55,545 nucleotides of DNA from Bacillales bacterium UBA3620 (GCA_002375205.1 DFLL01000015.1:1-55545); one strand, 5' to 3'; numbered from the stretch's first letter, positions 22,540 through 32,216 are shown. Translations and numbers: made by a program. The notes: a model not told the origin generated them from the sequence alone.

Positions 22540-24579
22540 ATGTTTATTTTGAGTATTGGTTCTAATATTTTATTTGCTATATGGCAAGCTATTAGGGCAT
22601 TTATTGGAGTTATTGTAGCAGCTCTATACGGGTACATAGTAGATTTATATAACGTTTTTATGGTTATATCTAGAATTAATATATTGGATGATAAATATAT
22701 TAAAGCCATTTATAATAGAGTTGGAATGATACTTGGATTATTTATGCTATTTAAATTATCGTTTTCTCTTATTCAGTCTCTTATTGATCCTAATAAATTT
22801 ACTGATAAAAAGAATGGGTTTGCTAGCATAATTTATAGATGCGTTATTGCAATTGTTCTTCTTGGTATAACTCCTAGTATTTTTAGGTTTGCACGTAGTT
22901 TTCAAAATTTGATTGTTGGTGCTGATGATAGTTCAAATAATGTTTTATATAGAGTAATTGTTGCAGATGATATTGTTTATCCTGTTAGTTCATTTGGACA
23001 AAGAATTGCTACTGATATGTTTTTTAGCTTTTTTCGTGAAGATGAAAATAGACATTATGATGAAGGATTAGAAGTTAAAGAAATAGATAATGGAACTGCT
23101 CTTGTGGTTAAAAATTATGCTACATTAAAAGAGGATTCTTATAGTGGTAAGATTTCTTTTGATGAATTAGTGCCATATCTATCATTAAAAGATGGTGGAC
23201 AATATGTTTTTAAATGGGATATTATTTTATCTGTAGTAGTTGGGGTTGCTGTTTTATGGATATTAATAAATTATTGTATTAGTATTGCTACTCGTGTAAT
23301 TCAACTTGCTTATTTGCAGTTAGTTGCTCCAGTTCCCATTTTATCTTACATAGGAAATCCTGAGGGTTCCTTTAAGAATTGGGTGAAGCAGTGTACTAGA
23401 ACATATTTGGATTTGTTTATTAGGTTGGCAATATTGTATTTTATAATTACTTTATCTGGAAAAGTATTAAAATTCTTTGAAGATTCTAATGCACTTTCTA
23501 ATTATGGTATTGAAAGTGGTTCTATGAAATTTGTTCTTGTTAAAATATTTTTAATATTAGGGTTATTGATGTTTGGAAAAAGGGTTCCAGAACTTCTTAA
23601 AGAATTATTCCCTGGTGATGGTAAATTTGATTTCGGGGTTAAGAGTCCTAAGAAATTATTTAGTGAAATACCAGGTAGTGGATTAGCTAAAAAAGGAGTT
23701 ACTGCTGGTGTAGGTATTGCTGCTGGTGCTGGACTTGGTGTTGTTGGTGCTGGCATTTCTGGAATTTCTAGATTTAGAAGTAATAGAGCAAATGGAAAAA
23801 GTGTTGCTGGTAGTTTATTTGGAGGTGCATATGGTGTTGGCGCTGGTTTATTTAAGGGGGTTAAGTCTGGTTTCACCAAGAAGGGTGTATCTGGTGGATG
23901 GAAAAATATTCAAGAATCCAATAATAAGTATAATCAATTAATTACATCTGGTGGTTCAACATTAGGTACGGTTAGAGCTAAGTTTGGAGATGTTCTTGGT
24001 GAATCTAAAGGGCAAAAGTTTACTCGTTTGATGGCTAATTATCAAAAGATTATTGATGATAATAAATACGTTAATGATGTTGCTGAAAACTTTAGCGAAA
24101 TTAAGAAATTAAAGACACGTTGGGAGACACTTAGAATGAATGGTAGTGCTAGTGAAGCTGATATTAATGCTGCATTCGATACTTATAAAAGTGCTAAGAA
24201 AGCTGCCTTAAATGCAGCATTGAATAATGCTACTAATTTCACTTATGATGAAACACGTGTTGTAGGAGGTAGATCCTTCATTGTAAGAGGCGGTGGAATG
24301 GGTAATTTATCAAGTTATGAGGATGCTGCTTTTTCTGGTCAAATACAAGTTCGTGCTAATGATGCTGAAGATTTTGTTAATTCGCATAATGTCAAACTTG
24401 TTAATTCTAGTGGAGCTCCAATTACTAGTTTTAAATCTGCTGATGATTTTAAAGATGCTTCTGTTAGTGCTAGTAAACATCAAACTGAAATACTTAGTGA
24501 AAATGACTTTGGAGCTGCTATTGCTAATGATGCTGCTGCCGGTGTTGATAGTAATAGAACTGCTAGAAAAGATAAATAA
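22540..24579 (+). CDS. VirB6/TrbL-like polytopic T4SS membrane protein
   Basis: multiple TMs, 'RVIQLAYLQLVAPVPI...FKNWVKQCTRTYLDLFIR' core, Gly/Ala-rich tail; position before virB3/virB4. Confidence 0.78.
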   Translation: MFILSIGSNILFAIWQAIRAFIGVIVAALYGYIVDLYNVFMVISRINILDDKYIKAIYNRVGMILGLFMLFKLSFSLIQSLIDPNKFTDKKNGFASIIYRCVIAIVLLGITPSIFRFARSFQNLIVGADDSSNNVLYRVIVADDIVYPVSSFGQRIATDMFFSFFREDENRHYDEGLEVKEIDNGTALVVKNYATLKEDSYSGKISFDELVPYLSLKDGGQYVFKWDIILSVVVGVAVLWILINYCISIATRVIQLAYLQLVAPVPILSYIGNPEGSFKNWVKQCTRTYLDLFIRLAILYFIITLSGKVLKFFEDSNALSNYGIESGSMKFVLVKIFLILGLLMFGKRVPELLKELFPGDGKFDFGVKSPKKLFSEIPGSGLAKKGVTAGVGIAAGAGLGVVGAGISGISRFRSNRANGKSVAGSLFGGAYGVGAGLFKGVKSGFTKKGVSGGWKNIQESNNKYNQLITSGGSTLGTVRAKFGDVLGESKGQKFTRLMANYQKIIDDNKYVNDVAENFSEIKKLKTRWETLRMNGSASEADINAAFDTYKSAKKAALNAALNNATNFTYDETRVVGGRSFIVRGGGMGNLSSYEDAAFSGQIQVRANDAEDFVNSHNVKLVNSSGAPITSFKSADDFKDASVSASKHQTEILSENDFGAAIANDAAAGVDSNRTARKDK

Positions 24580-24599
24580 TGGGAAGGGTGTGATACATA

Positions 24600-24920
24600 G
24601 TGAATGGATATTTAGTACCTGCTAATGCTAAGAAGGGTACACTTATATTTAATATTTTTAGACCTTTTGATTTGATTATGTTTGGTATTGGGGCTTTTGT
24701 ATCTTTGTTATTACTTGTTATTGTTGATTCTAATGATAGTATAATGGTACTTGTATCTTGCTTACCAGTTGCTATTACTGGACTCTTAGTAGTTCCTATT
24801 CCTAACTATCATAATGTTTTATGTGCTATACAGAGTATATATAGGTTTTTTGTTGAAAAAAGAAATTATAAATGGAGAGGTTGGTGTTTTTATGAAAAGT
24901 TCGGGAAAGAAGACAAATAG
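24600..24920 (+). CDS. VirB3/PrgI-like membrane protein
   Basis: 106 aa, YLVPAN start, two TMs, basic aromatic C-terminus (RNYKWRGW); upstream of virB4. Confidence 0.68.
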   Translation: MNGYLVPANAKKGTLIFNIFRPFDLIMFGIGAFVSLLLLVIVDSNDSIMVLVSCLPVAITGLLVVPIPNYHNVLCAIQSIYRFFVEKRNYKWRGWCFYEKFGKEDK

Positions 24921-25446
24921 TGGATTTACTGAAGACTGGATTCCTATTAATTCTATTACTAATGGTTGTATTATCTTAGATAATAAGAAAAAAGTTACTG
25001 GTGTTAAGATTAAGCCTAGAAATATATTTATTCTTGATCAGGTTACTCAGGATAATGTTATTGTAGCTCTTAAAAACTTTTATAATATGATTGATTTTGA
25101 GTTCTGGCTTATTAGTGCTGATAGACCTGTAGATTTAAATGCTTATCTAGCTAGATTACAGTTACTATATAATCAAAGTACTAGTCCTGCGGTTAGGAAA
25201 CTTATTAATCAGGATATTGAAAAGGCAAATATGTTTATGAATAATAATGTTACTGATACTGAGTATTATATATTGTTTAAAGAAAAGAATGATGATATTA
25301 TTCAGAAAAGACTTAGAACTTTGATTACTGGTCTTGCTAATAGTGGGTTAGAGGCTGCACAAACTTCTAACGATGACTTAAGAGTAATACTTGATAATTT
25401 TCTTAATAGTGGAATGACTACTAATTTTAAGGTGGTGACTTCGTAA
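24892..25446 (+). CDS. VirB4-associated protein resembling the separated N-terminal part of VirB4/TraE
   Basis: 'DWIPINSITNGCIIL...GVKIKPRNIFIL...EYYILF...LANSGL' pattern; ATG 24892 preferred to 24814; stop overlaps the virB4 start. Confidence 0.65.
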   Translation: MKSSGKKTNSGFTEDWIPINSITNGCIILDNKKKVTGVKIKPRNIFILDQVTQDNVIVALKNFYNMIDFEFWLISADRPVDLNAYLARLQLLYNQSTSPAVRKLINQDIEKANMFMNNNVTDTEYYILFKEKNDDIIQKRLRTLITGLANSGLEAAQTSNDDLRVILDNFLNSGMTTNFKVVTS

Positions 25447-27230
25447 TGAATTTTAAGAGTGAGATTGCTCCTAAGGGATTACAATTTAATCCTTCGGATT
25501 TTGTTATTAGTGATAAGTATGCTACTATTTTAACTGTTATTTCTTATCCTAGATTTATTGGCCCTGGTTATTTATCTAATCTGACGAATATGTCTGGTGT
25601 TAAACTTGTTATTAAGCATATTCCAGTTTCATTTAGTGTTTTATCTAAGATGCTTAATAAAGAGATATCTGATTTAAGAAGTAAATATCAGCAAGAAAAG
25701 GATAGGACTATTCAAGAGAGAATTAGACAAGATGTTGAATCTTTGGAATATTTTATCCAGCAGTTTACTGCTTCACAAGCTAGAACTTTTGATTTTCAAA
25801 TGCATATTATGATTACTGCTGATACTAGGGAAGAACTTGAAATGAAAAAGGTTAATGTTAAGAATTATATGGATGCTATGGAACTTAGAGCTATTCCTTT
25901 AAGATTTGAACAAGAAAGAGTATTTAAGTCAATACTTCCTATATTTGAAAAGCAAGTTATTGAAGATAGAATTGGTACTCCAATGCCTTCTCCTACAATG
26001 GCTGCAATGTATCCGTTTATCTTTGATAGTATTAAAGATGATGGTTTATCTACATTACTTGGTGTTGATTTTTCTGGCGGTGTAGTATTATTTAATCAAT
26101 TCTTATATCAATTAAGAAAAGAAAGTAATAGAAATAATGCTAATATGATTATGCTTGGTACTTCTGGTAGTGGTAAGAGTACTGCTGCTAAACTTATTCT
26201 AAGAAGTCATATTAGAAATGGATATCAGATTGTAGCGGTTGATCCTGAAGGTGAAATTAGTGAAATGACGAGAATGTATGGTGGAGATGTAGTAGACCTT
26301 GGTAAGGGTGGAGAATATGGTATGGTTAATCCACTTGAGGTTATTATGGATGCTGATGAAACAGAAATCAAGAATGGTCTTGGATATACTGTTTTAAATA
26401 AAACACTTCAATCTTTAAAGGCATTTATGAAGTATTATTCTCCAGATATTGAAGATGATGTTCTTACTTTATTTAGTGAAGTTGTACAAGATACTTATGC
26501 TAGATTTGGTATTACTTTTACTAGTGATTTTTCTAAATTCACTTCAGCTGATTATCCAACATTTAGTGATGTTTATGTTACTGTTACAAGTAAACTTACT
26601 TCGATGACAGAGAAGACTCACGAGAGAGATGTTATGGAAAGATTAGAATTAAAACTTAGACCTTTAGTAAGAGAACTTCAATATTACTTTAATGGTAAGA
26701 CGTCTATTAATACTGATAGTGATTTTCTTGTATTTAATATTAAAGAACTTATGAATTCTGATGCTAATATTAGAAATGCACTCTTATTTAATGTTCTTAA
26801 GTTTGCTTGGGGATTATGTTTAAATCCTAATGTTAATACTGTTTTATCTGTTGATGAAGCTCATGTTCTTTTAGGAGCTAAAAATGAACTTGGTGCTGAA
26901 TTTCTTGCCCAGGTTCAAAGAAGAGCTAGAAAATATAATACTGGTACGATTATTATTACACAGCAGCCTTCGGATTTCGTTGCTGAAGGAATATTAATGC
27001 ATGGTAAGGCTATATTTGATAATTCTTCTTATTACTTAGTAATGGGATTAAAGAAACAAGCTGTTGATGATTTATCAATGTTAATTGATTTAAATGATAA
27101 TGAAAAAGAAGCTATTAAAAGATTTAGTCAAGGTGAGGCATTATTTGTATGTGGTAATAGAAGAATGCAAATTAATGTTATTGTTACAGAAGATGAATTA
27201 GAGTCATTCGGCTCTGGTGGTGGTTTGTAA
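25446..27230 (+). CDS. virB4: VirB4 family T4SS ATPase
   Basis: NANMIMLGTSGSGKS Walker A, VDPEGE, INPL-like VNPLE, Walker B VDEAH, RRARKY, ITQQPSDF. Confidence 0.93.
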   Translation: MNFKSEIAPKGLQFNPSDFVISDKYATILTVISYPRFIGPGYLSNLTNMSGVKLVIKHIPVSFSVLSKMLNKEISDLRSKYQQEKDRTIQERIRQDVESLEYFIQQFTASQARTFDFQMHIMITADTREELEMKKVNVKNYMDAMELRAIPLRFEQERVFKSILPIFEKQVIEDRIGTPMPSPTMAAMYPFIFDSIKDDGLSTLLGVDFSGGVVLFNQFLYQLRKESNRNNANMIMLGTSGSGKSTAAKLILRSHIRNGYQIVAVDPEGEISEMTRMYGGDVVDLGKGGEYGMVNPLEVIMDADETEIKNGLGYTVLNKTLQSLKAFMKYYSPDIEDDVLTLFSEVVQDTYARFGITFTSDFSKFTSADYPTFSDVYVTVTSKLTSMTEKTHERDVMERLELKLRPLVRELQYYFNGKTSINTDSDFLVFNIKELMNSDANIRNALLFNVLKFAWGLCLNPNVNTVLSVDEAHVLLGAKNELGAEFLAQVQRRARKYNTGTIIITQQPSDFVAEGILMHGKAIFDNSSYYLVMGLKKQAVDDLSMLIDLNDNEKEAIKRFSQGEALFVCGNRRMQINVIVTEDELESFGSGGGL

Positions 27231-27241
27231 TATTATTTAAG

Positions 27242-27991
27242 GTGGTGAATACTATGAATGGAGAATTGAAAAAGAAACTTGTTATAGCTGGCGCTATTTC
27301 TCCTTTTATATTCATCATTTTTTTTATTGTTATATTAATTACTCCTCTTTTTGTTTTGGGAATAATTGATATTGATGATATTGGAAATAATTCTTCAAAT
27401 AGTTATGCATATGAAGGTTACGTTTCTACTAGTGATAATACAGGTTATTGGTGGCCAATTGGAAGTAGGGAAACAACTACTGTTAATGGTAAAGAGTTTG
27501 CTACTGGTAATCCTAGTAGTACTTATTTAACTGCTTATTTTAATGGAAATGATAATGTTCATAATGGACGTCATTCTGGGGTAGATATTAGTGCAGTTAT
27601 AAATACTGAAAATGTTATTGCTACAAAGGATGGCAAGGTTATATATCCTTATAATGATTCGAACATTAGTATTGGAACATGTGATTATTATGGAACAAAA
27701 GCTAATTGTAATAGTTATGGTAATTATGTTAAGATTGAACATAGCGATGGTGCTGTTTCTTTATATGGTCATATGTACGCTAATACTATTACTGTTCGAG
27801 CAGGAGATTATGTTAAGCAGGGTCAAGTACTTGGTAAAAGTGGTTCTTCTGGTAATTCTACTGGTGGTCATCTTCATTTTGAAATTAGAATTGATGGTAT
27901 TCCTGTTAATCCGTTAGATTATATTAATAGTAATAATTCAAGACCGAGAGAAATTAATAAGACAAATAGAAAAGAGGAATTGGTGGAGTGA
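27242..27991 (+). CDS. membrane-anchored M23 family metallopeptidase (cell-wall hydrolase)
   Basis: HSGVD (HxxxD), YGNYVKIEH, YGHM, GSSGNSTGGHLHFEIR, VNPLDY. Confidence 0.92.
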   Translation: MVNTMNGELKKKLVIAGAISPFIFIIFFIVILITPLFVLGIIDIDDIGNNSSNSYAYEGYVSTSDNTGYWWPIGSRETTTVNGKEFATGNPSSTYLTAYFNGNDNVHNGRHSGVDISAVINTENVIATKDGKVIYPYNDSNISIGTCDYYGTKANCNSYGNYVKIEHSDGAVSLYGHMYANTITVRAGDYVKQGQVLGKSGSSGNSTGGHLHFEIRIDGIPVNPLDYINSNNSRPREINKTNRKEELVE

Positions 27992-28827
27992 AAAAGGATG
28001 ATAAAAGAACATTGTTTGTTGTTCTTATTGTATGTATAATATGTGTGATTATTATTTTATTTGTCAATAGGAAAAGTAATTATGAAAAAATTTATCCAAT
28101 TAATGATTATAGTACATATTTTTCTGTCGTTAGAGAGATAAATAATTATATTGGGTTTATCGCTATGAATGATAAAATTAGCGTTAGTAATTTATTAGAT
28201 GATAGTGTAGGAGATGATACTATTTTAGAATATGGTACATACTCTCCTCTTGTAGAACTTAATGTTGATGAAATTGGTAGTGTTAAGATTGGCAATAATT
28301 ATTTGTATTTTCTTAAAGGGAAAATTATTGAAAATGATTTTGAATCTTCTATTATTGTTAATGATAATTATATGGTTTTAGTTCTTAATGATATTTCTAA
28401 TAATTCTTATTCAATTATTCCCGTAAATGGAGACAATTATAAAAGAATTATTAATGGTATAAAAAAAATAAGTATTGAAAGAAATTCTGTTAATGAGATG
28501 ATTGTAAGCGATGATTTTAGTGATGCACAGATATGTAAATTATACTTTTCGCATTATATGAATAAATTATTTAATAATACAGTAGATGCTTATGATATGC
28601 TTAGTGATAATATGAAAAAGAGATTTAGTAGCTATGAAGAATTTAATAAGTATATTAATGACAATATGAGTAAGATTACTTCTTCTAGTAAGTTATGTAA
28701 AATGGATGAATATAAAGAAAATAGAATATATACTGTTATTGATAATAATGATAATTCATATATTTTTAGTGAGAATGGTGTTATGAATTATAAAGTTGAT
28801 TTTTATTTTAAAAATAATGATGATTAG
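27988..28827 (+). CDS. bitopic membrane protein, possible VirB8/TcpC-like T4SS component
   Basis: single N-terminal TM, two apparent alpha/beta repeats ('VSNLLD', 'AYDMLS'); coupled to the M23 gene; VirB8 assignment is positional inference. Confidence 0.55.
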   Translation: MKKDDKRTLFVVLIVCIICVIIILFVNRKSNYEKIYPINDYSTYFSVVREINNYIGFIAMNDKISVSNLLDDSVGDDTILEYGTYSPLVELNVDEIGSVKIGNNYLYFLKGKIIENDFESSIIVNDNYMVLVLNDISNNSYSIIPVNGDNYKRIINGIKKISIERNSVNEMIVSDDFSDAQICKLYFSHYMNKLFNNTVDAYDMLSDNMKKRFSSYEEFNKYINDNMSKITSSSKLCKMDEYKENRIYTVIDNNDNSYIFSENGVMNYKVDFYFKNNDD

Positions 28828-28846
28828 TGCATAAATGCACTTTTTT
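28826..28846 (+). terminator. intrinsic terminator
   Basis: agtgca taaa tgcact followed by T run. Confidence 0.6.
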
Positions 28847-28917
28847 CTTTTATAAAAATTTGTTTACTTTTTGTATTTATAATGCTATAATATTGTTAGT
28901 TTGAGAGGTGTTATTAG

Positions 28918-31101
28918 ATGAGAGTAAAGGTAGAAAAGAAAGATTTAATTATTTTTATTGCTTTTTGTTTATTTTTATTATATTTATGTGCAATAGGAGT
29001 TCTTAATGTTGCTAATATTTTTGCTAATGGTAAGTTTTATGGATTTTTACCTTTTATGGCCTTTACTGGCAAATATATTGGGGCTACATTTCTATTATTT
29101 TTAGTATCTTTAGTTGGCATTTTTTTAACTGTCAAATCTTATATTTTTAGTAGTGATAAAGGTGGATTTGGTATTAGCATTGGTGCTAAAAAAGAAAAAG
29201 GTTATTCGAGATGGGCTACTGATAGTGAATTTAAAAAAGGATTAGATATTGTTAATATAAAAGATGAACACATTGGTGCTGCTGGTATCGCTTTATATAG
29301 TAAGAAAGGTAAGATGTGGGTTGATAATGGTGAAGATCATTATTTGGTTATGGGTGCTACTGGTAGTGGTAAGACTGTTATTGTTGCTAAACCGATGATT
29401 AAACTTCTTGCAAAGCATAATGAATCAATGATTCTTACTGACCCTAAAGGGGAGTTGTATGAAGAAACTGCTGAAATATTAAAAGAATCTGGTTATAATA
29501 TTGTTACTTTGAATTTTAGGGATCCACAACATGGTAATGCATGGAATCCAATGAGTTTGCCTTATAAATTATATAAGGAAGGAAATACGGATAAGGCTAT
29601 TGAGTTATTAGATGACCTAGCTCTTAATATTTTGTATGAAGAGAAGAGTAGTGGTGATCCTTTCTGGGAAAAGACAGCTGCGGATTATTTTACTGGTCTT
29701 GCTCTAGGTTTATTTGAAGATGCCACTCCTGAACAAGTTAATTTAAATAGTTTGAATTTAATGTGTAGTTTAGGGGAAGAGAGATTTGGTGGGCCTAATA
29801 ATAATTATATTAAAGAGTATTTTAATGGAAAGGATCCATCTAAGCCTGCTTATATTAATGCTTCTGGTACGGTATTTACTGCTGATGAAACTAAACAGGG
29901 TATTATTGCTACATTTAAACAAAAAATTAAATTATTCTCTTCGAGAGAGAATTTGTCTGAGATGCTTTCATATAGTGATTTTGATATGAGAGATATTGGT
30001 AGAAAGAAAACGGCAGTATTCTTAATTGTTCAAGATGAAAAGAAGACTCTTCATCCTCTTGCGACGATATTTATTAAGCAGTGTTATGAAACTTTAATTG
30101 ATGTTGCCCAAGAATCTGGTGGTAAGCTTCCATTTAGAACTAACTTTATATTGGATGAGTTTGCTAATATGCCACCTTTAAAAGATGTTACGACAATGGT
30201 AACAGCCGCTAGAAGTAGATTAATTAGATTTACTTTTATAATTCAGAACTTTGCTCAACTTACGCAAGTTTATGGTAAAGAAAATGGTGATACGATTCGT
30301 GGTAACTGTAATTTATTATATTTAATAAGTAGTGAAATTGCTGCACTTGAAGAAATTAGTAAGATGTGTGGTGAAGTTAAGTCTAAAGAAAAAGATAAGA
30401 CGGCATCTACACCTCTTGTAACTGTTAGTGATTTACAAAGACTTAATAAATTTGAAATTATTGTTTTGAGAAGAAGATTATTTCCATATAAAACAAGATT
30501 CCAAACTGATTTTGAAGTTGATTGGGGTAAAAAATATGCTAAAGCAACTCCTCCAACTAGGGAGAAGAAACCTGTTGAATTATTCGATATAAGGGAATAT
30601 GTTAAAGCAAAAAAGCAGGAAAAAATGGCTAGCATGGAATCATTCCAACCTAGTGGACCATTTGGTGGAGCTAATCCTTTTATTGGAACCAGTCCATTTG
30701 GGGGTTCACCAATGGAAGGAAATCCATTTGGTGGTGTTCCAATGGGTGGTAATCCATTTGGTGGATCTTTACCTGGCTTTATGAAGGAATCTTCTAAAAC
30801 TGATGATAGTGATAGTTTTAATATTGATGACCTAGTTAAGAAGATAGATGCTAAGATAGCGGAAATTGAGAAAGAGGAGGAACTTGCTAAAGAGAAGAAG
30901 GAATCTGAAGAAGTGTCAGTTAAAGATTTGGTTCCAAATAAGACTATCGATGCTTCATTTGAAGATAAAGATGATACTAACGTTGTTAATGAAACTGAAA
31001 ATAAAGTAGAGGCAGAAGATAAAAACGAAGTAACAACGATTTATGAAGATAATACAGATGATGATGATTTCTTTGATGATTTCTTTAGTGATGATGATTA
31101 A
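28918..31101 (+). CDS. virD4: VirD4/TraG type IV coupling protein with extended low-complexity C-terminus
   Basis: two N-terminal TMs, GYSRWAT, HYLVMGATGSGKT, TDPKGEL, WNPM, DPFWE, FILDEFAN, ARSR..IQNFAQL..YG. Confidence 0.93.
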   Translation: MRVKVEKKDLIIFIAFCLFLLYLCAIGVLNVANIFANGKFYGFLPFMAFTGKYIGATFLLFLVSLVGIFLTVKSYIFSSDKGGFGISIGAKKEKGYSRWATDSEFKKGLDIVNIKDEHIGAAGIALYSKKGKMWVDNGEDHYLVMGATGSGKTVIVAKPMIKLLAKHNESMILTDPKGELYEETAEILKESGYNIVTLNFRDPQHGNAWNPMSLPYKLYKEGNTDKAIELLDDLALNILYEEKSSGDPFWEKTAADYFTGLALGLFEDATPEQVNLNSLNLMCSLGEERFGGPNNNYIKEYFNGKDPSKPAYINASGTVFTADETKQGIIATFKQKIKLFSSRENLSEMLSYSDFDMRDIGRKKTAVFLIVQDEKKTLHPLATIFIKQCYETLIDVAQESGGKLPFRTNFILDEFANMPPLKDVTTMVTAARSRLIRFTFIIQNFAQLTQVYGKENGDTIRGNCNLLYLISSEIAALEEISKMCGEVKSKEKDKTASTPLVTVSDLQRLNKFEIIVLRRRLFPYKTRFQTDFEVDWGKKYAKATPPTREKKPVELFDIREYVKAKKQEKMASMESFQPSGPFGGANPFIGTSPFGGSPMEGNPFGGVPMGGNPFGGSLPGFMKESSKTDDSDSFNIDDLVKKIDAKIAEIEKEEELAKEKKESEEVSVKDLVPNKTIDASFEDKDDTNVVNETENKVEAEDKNEVTTIYEDNTDDDDFFDDFFSDDD
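30658..30765 (+). repeat. intragenic PFGG coding repeats (30-bp period) in virD4
   Basis: ccatttgg at 30658, 30694, 30724, 30754. Confidence 0.85.
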
Positions 31102-31126
31102 AAATGGCCTATATGGCTATTTTTTT
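31100..31126 (+). terminator. intrinsic terminator after virD4
   Basis: aaaatggcc tatat ggctatttt stem plus T run. Confidence 0.6.
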
Positions 31127-31184
31127 GTGCTTATTAACTTTTCATATTTATCATTTATGTATATTTTATACTAGAGGTGTTAGT

Positions 31185-31460
31185 ATGAATACTATATCTA
31201 TTGATGAGGTAATGAAGATGGATAATCCAATAATTGTTGATATAAGAGATAATTATTCGTATAATATATCTCATATTAAAAATTCTATCAATATTCCGTA
31301 TTATAATTTGCTTAGTAATTTTTCACATTATCTTGATAAGAATAATATATATTATTTATATTGTGATGAAGGTAGGCAAAGTTATGAAATTAGTAAAAGG
31401 CTTAACTCTTTTGGATATAGGACATTATCAATTAGTGGGGGTTTTATTTCATTTAGATAA
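31185..31460 (+). CDS. rhodanese-like domain protein
   Basis: IVDIRD, HIKNSINIP, LYCDEGRQS, SISGG; RBS gaggtg favours ATG 31185. Confidence 0.88.
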   Translation: MNTISIDEVMKMDNPIIVDIRDNYSYNISHIKNSINIPYYNLLSNFSHYLDKNNIYYLYCDEGRQSYEISKRLNSFGYRTLSISGGFISFR

Positions 31461-31481
31461 TTATATTTCATATAATTTAAT

Positions 31482-32216
31482 ATGAGATTAGTGCTTAAAA
31501 AAAAGAAAAAGGGTAAAATTTTTTCTTTGATAATTATTTTAATTGTTATTTCTATTATTTTTTCTATTCTGCTTATTAATTTTTATTCTGATAGAGTTAC
31601 TCCTGTTATTACTAATTATTCAGAGGATGAAATTAGGAGACTTATGCTTTTAGTTATTAATAATGCAATTGGAGAAGGGACAAAAGATGTTGATACTAAT
31701 GATCTTTTTATCCCTAGATATAATAGTAATGGTGAAATTATTTTAATTGATTTTGATTCTAAGAAATCGTCTTTAGTACTTAGTGATATTACTAATTTGA
31801 TTGAGTATAATTTAAAGGATATTGAGGAAGGTAATGTTGATAAGTTTAAAGATTATTATAGTGATTATAATTATAATTTATTAAAAAGGGGTATTGTAGT
31901 GGAGGTTCCTTTTGGAACTTCTTTTAATAGTAATTTTTTGAATAATTTAGGACCTAAGATTCCTGTACGTATTTCTTTTACGAAGAATGTTGTTACGGGT
32001 TTTAGTACAGAAGTAGTGGAGTATGGTATGAATAATGCGTTACTTAAACTTAATATTAATATTAGTATTAATGTTAGGGTTGTTTTGCCTATTGTCAGTA
32101 ATGATATTGATACTAATTTTACTGTACCTATTTCTATGAAAGTTATTCAGGGTAAGATACCTAGTTATTATATGGATGGATTTACCTCTAATTCTAATAT
32201 TGTTAAAGGAGACTAA
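31482..32216 (+). CDS. yunB: sporulation protein YunB
   Basis: N-terminal TM; GIVVEVPFG, NNLGPKIPVR, YGMNN, VIQGKIPSYY. Confidence 0.9.
   Translation: MRLVLKKKKKGKIFSLIIILIVISIIFSILLINFYSDRVTPVITNYSEDEIRRLMLLVINNAIGEGTKDVDTNDLFIPRYNSNGEIILIDFDSKKSSLVLSDITNLIEYNLKDIEEGNVDKFKDYYSDYNYNLLKRGIVVEVPFGTSFNSNFLNNLGPKIPVRISFTKNVVTGFSTEVVEYGMNNALLKLNINISINVRVVLPIVSNDIDTNFTVPISMKVIQGKIPSYYMDGFTSNSNIVKGD

Noticed and set aside
19476-31101. Calling the T4SS block an ICE or integrated plasmid
   Set aside because: No relaxase, integrase, excisionase, att repeats or tRNA target is visible, the flanks are housekeeping genes, and composition looks like the rest of the window. A relaxase elsewhere in the genome cannot be excluded.
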